From Octopus vulgaris (Eukaryota), in NCBI GenBank assembly GCA_951406725.2, contig OX597818.1, positions 16,058,001 through 16,122,000 of the forward strand: DNA of 64,000 bases, written 5' to 3'. Shown here in pieces: positions 24,201 through 34,766 of the stretch. How positions within the stretch are numbered: the stretch's first letter is position 1; the number at the start of each line of letters is the position of its first letter. The notes beneath the pieces were generated by a model. It worked only from the letters and a program-made list of their open reading frames with translations. It had not been told where the DNA came from and searched no databases. The position numbers and the translations under genes were made by a program.

Positions 24201-27200
24201 CAGTTTAAAATTCTTAGGGCCTCACATAGAGGTTCCCTTTTTTTCACTAAGGTTAAGTCTTTAGAAAAAGAATCTCAGTTTAAAATTCTTAGGGCCTCAC
24301 ATAGAGGTTCCCTTTTTTTACTAAGGTTAAGTCTTTAGAAAAAGAATCTCAGTTTAAAATTCTTAGGGCCTCACATAGAGGTTCCCTTTTTTTACTAAGG
24401 TTAAGTCTTTAGAAAATGAATCTCAGTTTAAAATTCTTAGGGCCTCACATAGAGGTTCCCTTTTTTTCACTAAGGTTAAGTCTTTAGAAAAAGAATTTCA
24501 TTTTGAAATTCTTAGGGCCTCACATAGAGGTTCCCTTTTTTTACTAAGGTTAAGTCTTTAGAAAATGAACCTCATTTTAAAATTCTATCTTTTACAGTTA
24601 GTTGGTTCTGCCCCACAGTTTCCCCATGGTATTATTGATCCAATAGCAGAAATTTCCGAGGTAAGTGTGACTGCTATCATATTTTGCTGTAATTTATGTG
24701 ATTTAAAAATTAATAAATAAACTTGTCTTAAGGCTATCTTAAATAAGAAGGCTAAAATGTATTTGAAGATTTGCTACAAGAAGCATTAGATATTGTTTCT
24801 AAACAAAATAAGTTAACATTTGGTTAGTTTACAGTGTTGAAATGTATTGGCTTGTCCGGAAAGTTCGTGCCGATTTTTTAAAGGAAAGAAAAAGTCAATA
24901 AATACTTGCTATTACATTTTTAATCAACCAAATATGAACCATTTTGTTGCACAATGCGTCTCCATCTTTCCTTTAACTTGAAAATACCCTCTTCCCTGAA
25001 TTGAGGTGGTTTCATGGCAAAGAATTCATCAAGGTATCTTTTTACATCCAAGGAATTGAAATTTTTACCATTAAGACTATTCTGTAGAGACCTGAATAAG
25101 TGGAAATCCGAAGGAGCAATATCTGGTGAATATGGAGGGTGGGGTAACACATCCCAGCTGAGCTACAGCAATTTTTGTCTGGTTCCCAAAGCATCAAGTG
25201 CTGAAAATAAACTTTATCTTCCATTTTAAAGGGTTACAGAATTAACACAGATTATTGGAACATAAACCTTCTTCCTTGAAAAGATAGCTTAAACTGTGCT
25301 CTAAATGGAGGTGTAGTCAAATCCTATTTTATGGACTCAACCATGTTCTAAAATAAGTCGAAAGGTAAGCTACTGTAAACTGGCACAAACTTTCCAGACA
25401 ACCCAATATGTTGATTCTGTGCAGCTATTTCAATTTTTCATGATGGAAATCATTGAAAGTTAAGTGTCCCATCCTGGTATGTGACATAACACTTGTAATA
25501 GGATATGAGTTTACAACTATTTCATTAGTTGGTCAGCATGTCTACTCAAAAACACATGTGTGTGTGCACACACACTTTTATTTTATCATGCTTGTACACA
25601 CAATTATGCAATTGTGTATATTTAGATATTGATGGAGAAATTGTTTTCACAGCTGCTACTTAACATGTTATAGTTATCTTACTCAACTGTAGAGTAGACG
25701 TAGAACCTATTTGCTAAGTAGGTAGATTGACGAGAGCTGAGTTTTGTGTTTGGCATAGTTACATAATGTAAAGGCTTTTATTAAGTTTGAATTGATGGAT
25801 TGGGTTGTCTGTTGGTTTTGACAATTTCAGTTGTTTGATGAATTGAATATTTGACTTATTAAATTAATATGCAAGTGGTTGGATATCCTACAGACATGTG
25901 TGTAACGATAAATATGATTAGGTACACAATATTATGAAATGTTGGAGTCAGCAGTTGTAACGATAAAAATTTGTTGTTATAATTGCATACTGTAGGATGT
26001 GAAAGATGAACAATGCATGAAGTTTTAAGAAAGTATTTATTTACCGTTACGTTGAAAAATACCATACCTTGACGGGCAGGTTATAACATCCGAGAGCATG
26101 CGAAAGAAAGTTAGATGTGGTAGAATTTTTCTTTGTATAGTTTGTCGTTCACAAATTGTTAGTAGTAATCCACAGATAGCGATAGAATGATGTTGTAAGA
26201 GAACAGAATTAGGGCTACTGAGAGTTGTATGGTGTTGTCTCACAGTTGCTGACAGTAAACTTCATTTCTCTTGCTGACCATTGTCTTTAGTAGCTGCATT
26301 CCTTGTTATCATGATTCTAGCAGTTCGTTCCCTAACTAATTGAGTCGTCACGAGCTGCCTCGCTCAGTTGTTGCCAAGTGACTACTTGGTTAAGTTGTCA
26401 CCATGTGACTGGACTCGTTGAGTTGTCACTGACTGATTTTTGCTTGGGGTGTTCTTGCTTTTATAACTATCCAGAAGGATAGATATATCATTGAGAACAA
26501 TAGATTTAGTTGGTGGTTTTGTTATCTCTATTCTAGCTTTTGGTGAAGTAGAAGAGGTTAGAAAGGGTCAAGTGGTGAAGACATTATTTTGCCCTAGCTA
26601 AAGGCATCTGGAAAATGTAAAACTGCTGTCAGAGAAAAACCATTGTTCTACCGTGGGAAAGTTCTGTTGCAGTGTTAATTTAAATTTGGTTATGGTGGAT
26701 CGAATCCACTTCATGCATGCGAGATCTACTACATGTGTATCCAAAACATAAATTGTCAGCCAAATCAGCATATCATAAATCACAGAAGTGAACTTTTGGT
26801 TTATAGGTGAAGTCCATTAGACAGTCTTCCACACAGTTTCTATTTACTTGGTATCATTTTCAAGGCTTATACACGCCCTGATACTATTGGTATCTACATA
26901 TCAAATTTGAACGCAATCAGATGGAGGATGCCCGAGATCCTAGAAGACACACACAGACAGACAACGGATTTAATATAATAGATATAGGACAACTAAATCA
27001 GTTGTGCTCTCCCCAAAAATGTGTTGCCTTATGCCCCTGTTGGAAATTATTTATTAATAAAATTCAAAAGTCTTAAATACCTTTTCCTAATTAACATGTT
27101 TGTTTATATTTTTTAATAAATATGTTTTCTCTTCTGTTTTATTTTCAAAATAATTCCTCCAGCTTGGTTTAAAGTACAACATTCCAGTTCACTGTGATTG

Positions 27201-30200
27201 TTGTTTGGGTGGTTTCCTCGTTCCATTTCTGGAGAAAGCTGGTTTCCATATGGACCCAGTTGATTTCCGTCTCCCCGGTGTAACAAGTATTTCAGCAGAC
27301 ACACACAAGGTAAAGTTTTATTGTTTATCTTTCTTTCATAAAATTAAGCATCATTTAAACGAACATTTCTATATATATTTATCTCTCAGTATTGGGAACT
27401 AATAAATTAGACAGCTTCAACCAGCTGTGGCTGTGACAGATGCTAATGTTGTTTTTGTTCTGTCATTAATTTTCAGATTGAGCCTTCAAGAGTCTCATAA
27501 ATATTTTAGTTTGTTGCTTTTTGCTTTCAGTTCTTTTTTTATGTTTTGAAATGTTTTTGTTATTAAATCATTGTTTTAATGTTGTTTCCAGTATGGTCAA
27601 GCACCTAAAGGCTCTGCTGTTTTGATGTACAAAGACCCCAACTATCGTAAATTCCAGTGGTTTAGCATTACAAATTGGCCCGGTGGAATATATGCTACTC
27701 CCACATTTGCAGGTATCTTGATGTTTTTGTCTCTTTCTATTTTTTTCTTTTGTTTTCCATTTCCCACCATCACCGCACCTCCACCATATCCAGCAGTTTG
27801 AACAACTGTGTAATGAGTCTACCTCATTAGGAATGCGTTGGCAAATGGAAACACAATTTTGAGAGATCCTCCTCTTCTTCATCATCATCATCATCATCAT
27901 CATCGATGTCGTCGTCATCATCATCATCATCCACTTTTTCATACTTTCATGGGTCGGACAGTGTTTGTTGGCGTTGAGGCAGATTTTCTAGTGCTGGATG
28001 ATCGTCCTGTCACCAACCTTAACTCGTTTTCCAAACACTATAATATTTTTCCATAGTTAAGTATATTTTTCTCAGAAGACTGGAAATGATAGTGTTCATT
28101 TACAAGCACCACATGATGTCTACACAAGGGGACACAGATACACACACACACGCACACACACGCACACACACACACACGTATGTATACAACGAGTTTCTTT
28201 CAGTTCTTGCCTACCAAGTTCACTCACAAAGTCTGTAATAGAAAATACTTGCCCATAGTACCATACAGTGTTTAGAAAAAACAAAGCTTCTCGAACACAT
28301 AGACACATCATCATCATCACCATCGTTTAACATCCACCTTCCCGTGCTTGCATGGGTGGGATGGTGGTAACAAATCAATCAGGTGACTAGGAGATGTGAA
28401 AGCAGAGAAGCTTTTGGACAAAATGATTTAATCCTGTTTCAAGAGGATGTTAGTGCATGCACATTAAATAATGATGATAATGATGATATCCATGGATGGT
28501 TAAGATATTTATTTCAAAATAAGTGGCCAAGATTGTTGTTAGAAAAGTGGTGGATAATCTTGTGGATTTCTATCATATCAGCTGTTAAATGTTAAAGCTT
28601 TACTATGGTCAATGCCCAGAAAGGCAAAATATCAAAAATATGGGAAGTAACAGATGGAGGGTGTTCATCTGGTTACACATCTCTGGCTAACTTCTTATAG
28701 ATCAATATTCTGGACAAGATGGGTGTTCCAGACTGGAGATGCAAATTGTAAGGGTAGGCATACCATAGCCATCATCTATTATGTAGAATGCTTTACTTAA
28801 CATCTCTTATTGAATTTTTCTCTAGGTAGCCGAGCAGGCTCAGAAATTGCTTCTTGTTGGGCAACTATGATGTTTACTGGAATGGAAGGTTATGTTGATG
28901 CTGCCTGGAAAATCATCTCTACAGCACGAGCTATGGCTAAAGTGTAATTACAACATTTATATTTTATGCTTTAATTTTCTTTAATGGTTCAATTGAATTA
29001 CATTTAAATTTGAATTCAATGTGAGTATCAATGAGTATTGGGTTGTGAGACTTAATCAACCACCAGGTTTAATAATCGTCACTCTTGGATGTCTTTAACA
29101 GCATTTACTTTCATTTATTCATCCTCCAATGTGGTTGAACAACCAATCCCAGCCAGTCGGGATTCGTAGTATGGGTTGTACTATTCATCTCTTTGATGGC
29201 TGAATATAAAAGATGACTTGTGAGACTACCATTCAGGTGATATATCAGAGTCACCATCTCACCTTTGTATGCCAGTCTTTCACAAGGTTACCCATTTACA
29301 GCACAGTGCACTGGTGCATCATGAAATCAAGTGTTTTGCTCAAGAACACAATGCACAGCCAATCTGGGAATTAACACCATGACCCACTGTTCTTGAGGAA
29401 ACCTACTGAGTCAAGTACATCAACACCAACATCAAAATAAAAATCAAATGGAAATTATAGTTAAGATACCTGTCCCGGTGACATGTAAAAAGCACCGTCC
29501 GAACGTGGCAGATATCATGGCCGTTTGCCAGCCTCCTCTGGCCCCTGTGCCAGTGGAATGTAAAAAACACCCACTACACTCACGGAGTGGTTGGCGTTAG
29601 GAAGGGCAGCCTCCTGGCTTCCCAGACCCTGGTCGAACCGTCCAACCCATGCTAGCATGAAAAACGGACGTTAAACGATGATGATGATCTTGCGATCTTG
29701 CGATCATGAATGCAATGTCCCAACCATTAGGTCATGTGCCATCTCACATTGTTGGATAGCTGTTGATGCTCTTGAGTTCCTCTGCCCTTTGATGGGTTTT
29801 GTTTATTGTCCCTGCAGGATGCCCAATAAATGACACTCCTCACCGCGCAAGCCTGGTGGGGTTACTGGCTTAGTTACCAATGATCCAACCATGTGATAGG
29901 TTGTACTGGGTTACATGTTACCAGTTGTGCTTGAGAGCAACCTGACACTAAATTTTCAGAATTATTGCCAGCATGGAACATGGATGTTAAATGATGATGG
30001 TGAATATAAAATCATATTGGTGAAAGTCATCATCATCATTATCATCATCAGTTAACATCTTACTTTTATGCTGGCATAGGTTGGCTGGTTTATCAGGAGC
30101 TGGAAAGTCAGAAGACTGCACCAAGCTCTACTGTCTGTTGGTGCATGGCTTCTTTGGCTGAAAGATAAGGATAAAACTGCCCTTTAGCAGAAAGATCCTT

Positions 30201-32346
30201 CTGTTCAGAGATTCTAAATAATTACTAATAATAGCACAAATAATTATTATTCTTGACATTTAACCATTTTCTTTTTCATTTTATTATTCTTCACAGTTTC
30301 TGCTCTGCATTGTTCTTATATCAACCAGTTCTATAACTATCATAGAAATGAACTAGTTATAAATGAAAACTTATCAGAACTTTAGTTAACCTAAAACCTT
30401 ACTGATTTCTATTTCAGTCTGAAAAACATCCATAGTATTGAGGTACTAGGTGATCCTAAGATGTCTGTTATTGCTTTTACTTCAAAAGAGTTTGATATCT
30501 ATCGTCTGTCTGATGCACTTACTGCAAAAGGTTGGACTCTGAATCCACTGCAGTTTCCTGCTAGGTAAGTTTGAATATTTTTGTATTGGCTTCAAATTTT
30601 GGTGCAAGGTCAGCAAGTTTGGTGGAGGAATAGTTGATTACATCGACCCAGCAACTAGTGTTTATTTTATTGACCTTGAAGTGATGAAAGGCGAAGTTGA
30701 CCCCAGTGGCATTTGAACTCTGAATGTAATGGCAAGTGAAATTCCACTAAACATTTTGCCTGGTGCAGTAACAATTCTACCAGCTTGGTGCCTTAGTTTG
30801 AGTATTTACATTGACCTAATATTGGTTTCAAATTTTGACACAAGGCCAGCAGATTCTGGGAAGGGGTGAGTCAGTTGTATTGACCCCAGTATTTGAGTGG
30901 TACTTATGTTATCAACCCTGACAGGATGAACAGCAAAGTCGACCTCAGCAGAATCCACTCACAAGGCATTGGTCAGCCCAGGGTTATAGTAGAAGGCACT
31001 TTTTCAAGGTGCTTCGCAGTGGGAATGAACCTGAAACCATGTGGTTTGGAAGAAAACATCTCAGTGACACAGCCACATACTATATATATAATTCTTTGAG
31101 GCTGACATTTCAAACAGCTAACAGTCATTCCCAGATTACGGAAGGGCTATGTTCCTGAAAATCTTGTTACACATGGACGTCCATAACATTTGTTTTAAAA
31201 TTGATGGACCTCACAGAGGTGGTGACTAGTGACAGAGACCTTTGACAATATGCTGTGCTTGAGATGACTCATCAAACCAAGTGAAATTGTAGCCGTGGCC
31301 ATTGCTGGTGTCATGTAAATAACATCCATGAAATTGTAATCATGATAGTTGCTGATAGCATGATCTTTGAAATGATTTTCGAATGTTTGGGCCTTACAGA
31401 GGTGATTTTTTTTTTTTTTTTTTTTTGTTAAGCAACAAGACGGGTAAGGGTGATTTCACTGCATCTGTTCTGTGGGTTGGGAGATGTCTGGCAGGTCGGG
31501 TGCGGAAGTCCACTTTTGCCAGATCCGAAGGACAAGGAGAGGGTCACTGGCCAGAGCATCTGGTGAGATTGGCACTTGCGGCAGGCGATGGATCCGTGGA
31601 CAGTCGTAGATGACATGCTCCACCGTCTCCTCTCCCAAACCGCACTTTCTGCAGGTTCTGTCTATGGCTCGGTCAATCTTGTAGAGCCAGTACTTGAAGT
31701 CCGGGTGATGACCACTTCTAAGTCTGGCTCTTTGAATGTTGGGCCTCATGGAGGCGATGACAAGTGACTGAGACCATGGCAATATGCTGTGCTTAAGAAG
31801 ACTCTTTGAGCCAAGTGAAACTGTAGTCGTGACCTTTGCCAGTGTCATGTAGATGGCACCTGTGCCGGTGTCACGTAAAAAGCACTCATTACATTCTCAG
31901 TGTGGTTGGCATTAGGAAGGGCATCCAGTCATAGAAACCATGTCAAATCAGACTGGAACCTGGTGCAGCTCTCCAGCTTATCAGTTCCAGTCAGACTGTC
32001 TAACCCATGTCAGCATGGAAAACAGATGCTAAATGATGAAGATGATGATGATGATGATGACGTAAAGAAAAAAATATATGAGAAATACTGTCTGTTGGTA
32101 TAAATGGATTTTAAAGGTTTTCTTTTTCTTTTCTCTTTCTTCTGTTCCATATTCCAGTATTCACATGTGTGTCACCTTGGCACACACCAAGCCTGAGGTT
32201 GTAGAACGCTTTGAGAAAGACGTTGCTGAGTCAGTTGAAGTCATTCTACAAAATCCCTCTGAAAAATGTCAGGGCGCAGTAAGTCAATGCATTACCTCCT
32301 CCTCCTCCTCCTCCTCCTCCTCCTCCTCCTCCTCCTCCTCCTCCTG

Positions 32347-32394
<48 letters not shown>

Positions 32395-33911
32395 CTCCTT
32401 CTTCTTCTTCCATCGTCACTCTGTTACTTTTCTAAACAATGTTTAACCCTAGCATTCAGATTATTCTGTCAAATGTAGGGCTTATCATCGAAATGTCGAA
32501 GCTATGAGATAATGTATGATTAATTCAAAACAATGTGAATCACAACTGCAATTTCCATTTCAAATTATAATCAAATGGAAATTGTAGTTGTGATTCACAT
32601 TGTTTGGAATTAATCATACATTATCTCATAGCTTCGAGATTTCGATGATGTGATCATTTATTTTTAGAGTGACATTGTAGGGTATGTATGAGAGACTGGA
32701 TCTGGCCAGTTTGAATATCTAAAGAGAAAAGGTAGAATATATGGGCCAGATATAGTTGGTTTAAATGCTATGTTTAGAATTGTTATGATGCCTTGCAGTA
32801 TTTCTTCTTGTTCTTTAAGTTCTGAGTTCAAATGCTGCCGAGGTCAACGTCTCTTTTATCCTCCCAGGGTCGAGAAAATAAAATGCCATTTAAGTACTGG
32901 AGTCAACATTCTACTTATTTAAATTTACTATTGTTTATTATTTTCCCGAATTTCAGGCTAGGGGAGATAACTCGGTTTGGGAATGTGGATGGTATTGGTT
33001 TTCTGTAGAAATAATTAGAGGTGACGTAGAACTATGTCAGCTACTGCACTGACAATTTGCTTAGGATGGCAGGTGAGCTGGCAGAAACGTTAGCACGCCG
33101 GGCGAAATGCTTAGCGGTATTTCGTCTGCCACTACGTTCTGAGTTCAAATTCCGCCGAGGTCAACTTTACCTTTCATCCTTTCGGAGTCGATTAAATAAG
33201 TATCAGTTACGCACTGGGGTCGATATAATCGAATTAATCCGTTTGTCTGTCCTTGTTTGTCCTCCCTGTGTTTGGCCCCTTGTGGGTAGTAAAGAAATAA
33301 GTATCTTTGAATCAAAACTGATATAGGCTAAGGGATTTCTATAGTTTAATTTATACAGCCTCTCTCATGTTAGAGACATGATAAAATGTGCCCACCCCAT
33401 CCAGTAAAGTGGTTGTTGCTGATAGGAAACATATCTATTCATTAAAAACTATGCAACAGAGATTGTTAAGTTTGTTGTTGTTGTGTGTGTGTGTGTATAT
33501 AGTTGAAAAAATATTAGAGATCTAGACAAATCAAATTTTTATATATAAAAGATGGAGGGGGAACTAGCACAGAAGTAAATGCATGTACGTATGTACGTAC
33601 ATACGTATGTATATATATGTATATATGTAGGAAGGAAGGAAGAAGCCAGATCCAGCCACTTTAAGCATAAAACAAGTATAACATTGAGGCTGGATATGAC
33701 CTGTTTAAATGCTGGAAGGTTAAATTTACAATTTATTTTTCAGAGATGTCTAACATTTTAATCTTCCTGTTTTTTGTTTAACAATACATTTTTTTTTTCT
33801 TTTGTCTAGGGTGCACTCTATGGCATGTCCCAGACTATTCCAGACCGTTCTATTGTTGAAGATGTCACTGGTATCTACTTAGATGCTAGCTATGATACAA
33901 CAAACCACTGA
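931..33911 (+). CDS. SGPL1: Sphingosine-1-phosphate lyase (PLP-dependent), 5'-partial; join(931..1075,9003..9178,10599..10718,11376..11504,11953..12041,17806..17842,22607..22714,24598..24660,27163..27309,27592..27712,28826..28943,30418..30564,32158..32278,33810..33911)
   Basis: All 14 exons have AG/GT boundaries with compatible phases and total 1623 nt (540 aa + TGA). Family motifs appear in order: [64 protein letters not shown] (PLP lysine), [30 protein letters not shown]. The start codon was not found in the window. Confidence 0.96.
1392..1935 (-). mobile_element. Non-coding dispersed element inserted next to a (TAA)n array
   Basis: Abuts the (TTA)n array at ~1330-1391. A related fragment in the opposite orientation lies at 37789-37945, also next to (TAA)n. 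Confidence 0.6.
1980..4704 (+). repeat. ~830-870 bp direct duplication (1980-2806 vs 3834-4704)
   Basis: Same succession of Dong 3' fragment, L1-like 3' tail, TTA array and SINE, nearly identical. The first copy lacks ~40 bp that is present at 4604-4640. Confidence 0.9.
2807..3792 (-). mobile_element. 5'-truncated RLE-type non-LTR retrotransposon (Dong/R4-like)
   Basis: ORF 2904-3854 has a CCHC finger ([15 protein letters not shown]), RHD, and the restriction-like endonuclease PDIVV...IDVSIP...K..KY. It has a short 3' UTR and (TTA)n on both sides. The N-terminal poly-N of the ORF is flanking microsatellite. Confidence 0.88.
4765..5470 (-). mobile_element. Older degraded RLE (R4/Dong-like) 3' fragment
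   Basis: Minus-strand pieces resembling [16 protein letters not shown] and IPVIV, broken by stops and frameshifts, next to a TTA tract. Confidence 0.65.
5745..6035 (+). mobile_element. RTE-tail SINE copy
   Basis: ggcacgtaaaagcacccactacactctcggagtggttggc...aaagcggacgttaaac(gat)n. Confidence 0.75.
6960..7352 (+). mobile_element. tRNA-derived composite SINE with internal TA/TG microsatellite (Octopus OK/OR-like families)
   Basis: A-box/B-box-like head (ggagtggctgtgtggt...ggttcagtccc). Related copies at 6322-6675, 20635-21390(-), 42222-42608, 48281-48665(-) and 56740-57137(-). Confidence 0.8.
7746..8209 (-). mobile_element. Non-autonomous Helitron
   Basis: On the minus strand it begins TC (8209) and ends CTAG (7746), between host A and T. 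A GC hairpin ccgg-gtgaaa-ccgg lies ~10 nt before the CTAG, and there is no TSD. Confidence 0.7.
9003..9178 (+). CDS. SGPL1: SGPL1 exon 2 (visible numbering)
   Basis: tttcag|AT...TCA|gtgagt; [27 protein letters not shown]...[12 protein letters not shown]. Confidence 0.9.
10599..10718 (+). CDS. SGPL1: SGPL1 exon 3
   Basis: tttcag|GAA...AAA|gtaagt; [40 protein letters not shown]. Confidence 0.93.
10843..11063 (+). mobile_element. TTAA-flanked MITE family (piggyBac-like termini CCCTTTAGCATT)
   Basis: ~220-bp unit recurring at 23905-24102, 32443-32770, 40025-40229, 40538-40760 and 41190-41410, with partial copies at 479-530 and 33650-33723. Confidence 0.7.
11376..11504 (+). CDS. SGPL1: SGPL1 exon 4
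   Basis: tttcag|GTT...ATT|gtaagt; [43 protein letters not shown]. Confidence 0.96.
11953..12041 (+). CDS. SGPL1: SGPL1 exon 5
   Basis: ctcag|GTT...AT|gtaagt; [29 protein letters not shown]. Confidence 0.96.
14437..14645 (+). mobile_element. mariner-derived MITE
   Basis: Imperfect TIRs gagggagtgctgaaacgttcctgg / ccaggaacttttcaccagcccctt; contains the transposase C-terminal remnant [17 protein letters not shown]. Confidence 0.65.
15256..17440 (-). mobile_element. Chapaev3-like (CMC superfamily) DNA transposon, disrupted transposase
   Basis: Collinear ORF fragments 17224->15638 with [47 protein letters not shown] and [17 protein letters not shown]. The left terminus is tta|CAC, and there are imperfect ~90-bp inverted ends (15270-15345 vs 17355-17432). 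The superfamily call is from memory of the motifs. Confidence 0.75.
17806..17842 (+). CDS. SGPL1: SGPL1 exon 6 (37 nt)
   Basis: tttcag|A ATT...AAG|gtgagt; [12 protein letters not shown]. Confidence 0.93.
19071..20154 (+). mobile_element. Internally deleted piggyBac element
   Basis: TTAA on both sides and perfect 12-bp TIRs CCCTTTCGTTAC/GTAACGAAAGGG. Remnant of the acidic N-terminus plus [13 protein letters not shown] and [10 protein letters not shown] motifs. Confidence 0.88.
22607..22714 (+). CDS. SGPL1: SGPL1 exon 7
   Basis: tcacag|GCT...CTT|gtaagt; [36 protein letters not shown]. Confidence 0.95.
22776..23110 (+). mobile_element. Degraded RTE-like LINE ORF fragment
   Basis: DVESEWRLF...AAQCCG followed by [15 protein letters not shown]-like linker motifs, with stops. 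Confidence 0.55.
24139..24586 (+). repeat. Minisatellite, 6 copies of ~75 bp
   Basis: Unit tagggcctcacatagaggttccc(t)n(c)actaaggttaagtctttagaaaaagaatctcagtttaaaattct, starting at about 24139, 24215, 24290, 24364, 24438 and 24513. Confidence 0.95.
24598..24660 (+). CDS. SGPL1: SGPL1 exon 8
   Basis: tttacag|TTA...GAG|gtaagt; [21 protein letters not shown]. Confidence 0.95.
24847..25406 (-). mobile_element. Internally deleted mariner element
   Basis: TA TSD; TIRs ttggcttgtccggaaagttcgtgcc / ggcacaaactttccagacaacccaa; ORF with [16 protein letters not shown]. Confidence 0.9.
27163..27309 (+). CDS. SGPL1: SGPL1 exon 9 (PLP-binding lysine)
   Basis: ctccag|CTT...AAG|gtaaag; [49 protein letters not shown]. 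Confidence 0.96.
27592..27712 (+). CDS. SGPL1: SGPL1 exon 10
   Basis: ttccag|TAT...G|gtatct; [40 protein letters not shown]. Confidence 0.95.
28826..28943 (+). CDS. SGPL1: SGPL1 exon 11
   Basis: ctctag|GT AGC...GT|gtaatt; [38 protein letters not shown]. Confidence 0.93.
30418..30564 (+). CDS. SGPL1: SGPL1 exon 12
   Basis: tttcag|T CTG...AG|gtaagt; [48 protein letters not shown]. Confidence 0.96.
31405..31764 (-). mobile_element. LINE 3' end (I/Jockey-group-like CCHC C-terminus) with poly(A)
   Basis: RLRSGHH...[19 protein letters not shown], followed by a minus-strand poly(A) at 31405-31426. Confidence 0.7.
32158..32278 (+). CDS. SGPL1: SGPL1 exon 13
   Basis: ttccag|T ATT...GCA|gtaagt; [40 protein letters not shown]. 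Confidence 0.94.
32295..32410 (+). repeat. Compound microsatellite (CCT)n(TAC)n(CTT)n
   Basis: Seen directly, starting 16 nt downstream of the exon 13 donor. Confidence 0.95.
33065..33300 (+). mobile_element. tRNA-derived SINE (second family)
   Basis: gagctggcagaaacgttagcacgccgggcgaaatgc...ttctgagttcaaattccgccgaggtc. Relatives at 2594-2775, 4456-4672, 5515-5712, 6055-6292, 36855-36985, 38885-39045 and 39735-39905. Confidence 0.8.
33810..33911 (+). CDS. SGPL1: SGPL1 last coding exon
   Basis: tctag|GGT...TGA; [33 protein letters not shown]. Confidence 0.95.
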   Translation, partial: GALYGMSQTIPDRSIVEDVTGIYLDASYDTTNH

Positions 33912-34501
33912 ACTTCATCTTTTTTGTTTCAAAGCCAATACATTTTAGCCCAACCCTATTTAATTTAATTCCTTTTTCTAAATTACACATCATTCAAAAT
34001 GATAACTGGCATCTTTAAACAATCAAACTGTTAATGTTGAAAATTATGTACATGCACAAAACACCTATACACACACACAACACACACACACACACACACA
34101 CTGTAATCTAGCAATCCCTTAGGGGTTTACAAGATGTTTTGCTGCTTCCCTGCAGGCTAAAATACTCTGAGGAAATCACCCACTGTCATGAACTGGGAAA
34201 TATTTAACTGTAAACAAAACAAAACATTTGAAAGATGACCACCAGGTGAGAAAATGATGATCTCATGCATCGTACTACTTACAGGCACTCTCTTCTCTGC
34301 AACAGCCATTGAGCTTTTACAAAATATGTATATGTGTGTGTATATATATATATATATGTTTAAGTAGCTGAATGAATTATCCTAGTATGGATAATTCGGT
34401 TAACCGATACCCGGGTCGTCAGAAAGCACGGTTGAAGCTACATGCCAAGGGTAGAAATCATGTGCTTTCGTGTGGAAATTTGTGTGTTTTTTTTACTATA
34501 G

Positions 34502-34766
34502 ATAAATGAAACAATGGAGTCGAACGACGATTTAACAAAATTCCTTTATTCTCGATATATGTTTCGAAGACTGCATATTCTTAATTCCGAAGGAATAAAG
34601 GGTGCATTATGCTGCCTTCTAATCAGGAAAGACAAGGAACCTTGTCTTTCCTGATTAGAAGGCGGCATAATGCACCCTTATTCTTCGGAATTAAATATGC
34701 AGTCTTGAACATATATCGAGAATAAAGGAATTTTGTTAAATCGTCGTTTGACTCCATTCTTTCATT

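Noticed and set aside
24139-24586. CRISPR-like regular array
   Set aside because: The units are head-to-tail with no unique spacers, in a eukaryotic intron with no cas genes.
25690-26590. Possible solo LTR or retroelement 5' region (similar impression at 54330-54840)
   Set aside because: No TSD, PBS, PPT or second copy could be identified by eye.
32266-32478. Poly-Leu / poly-Ser-Tyr ORFs
   Set aside because: This is intronic trinucleotide microsatellite read through from SGPL1 exon 13, which ends at the GT at 32279.
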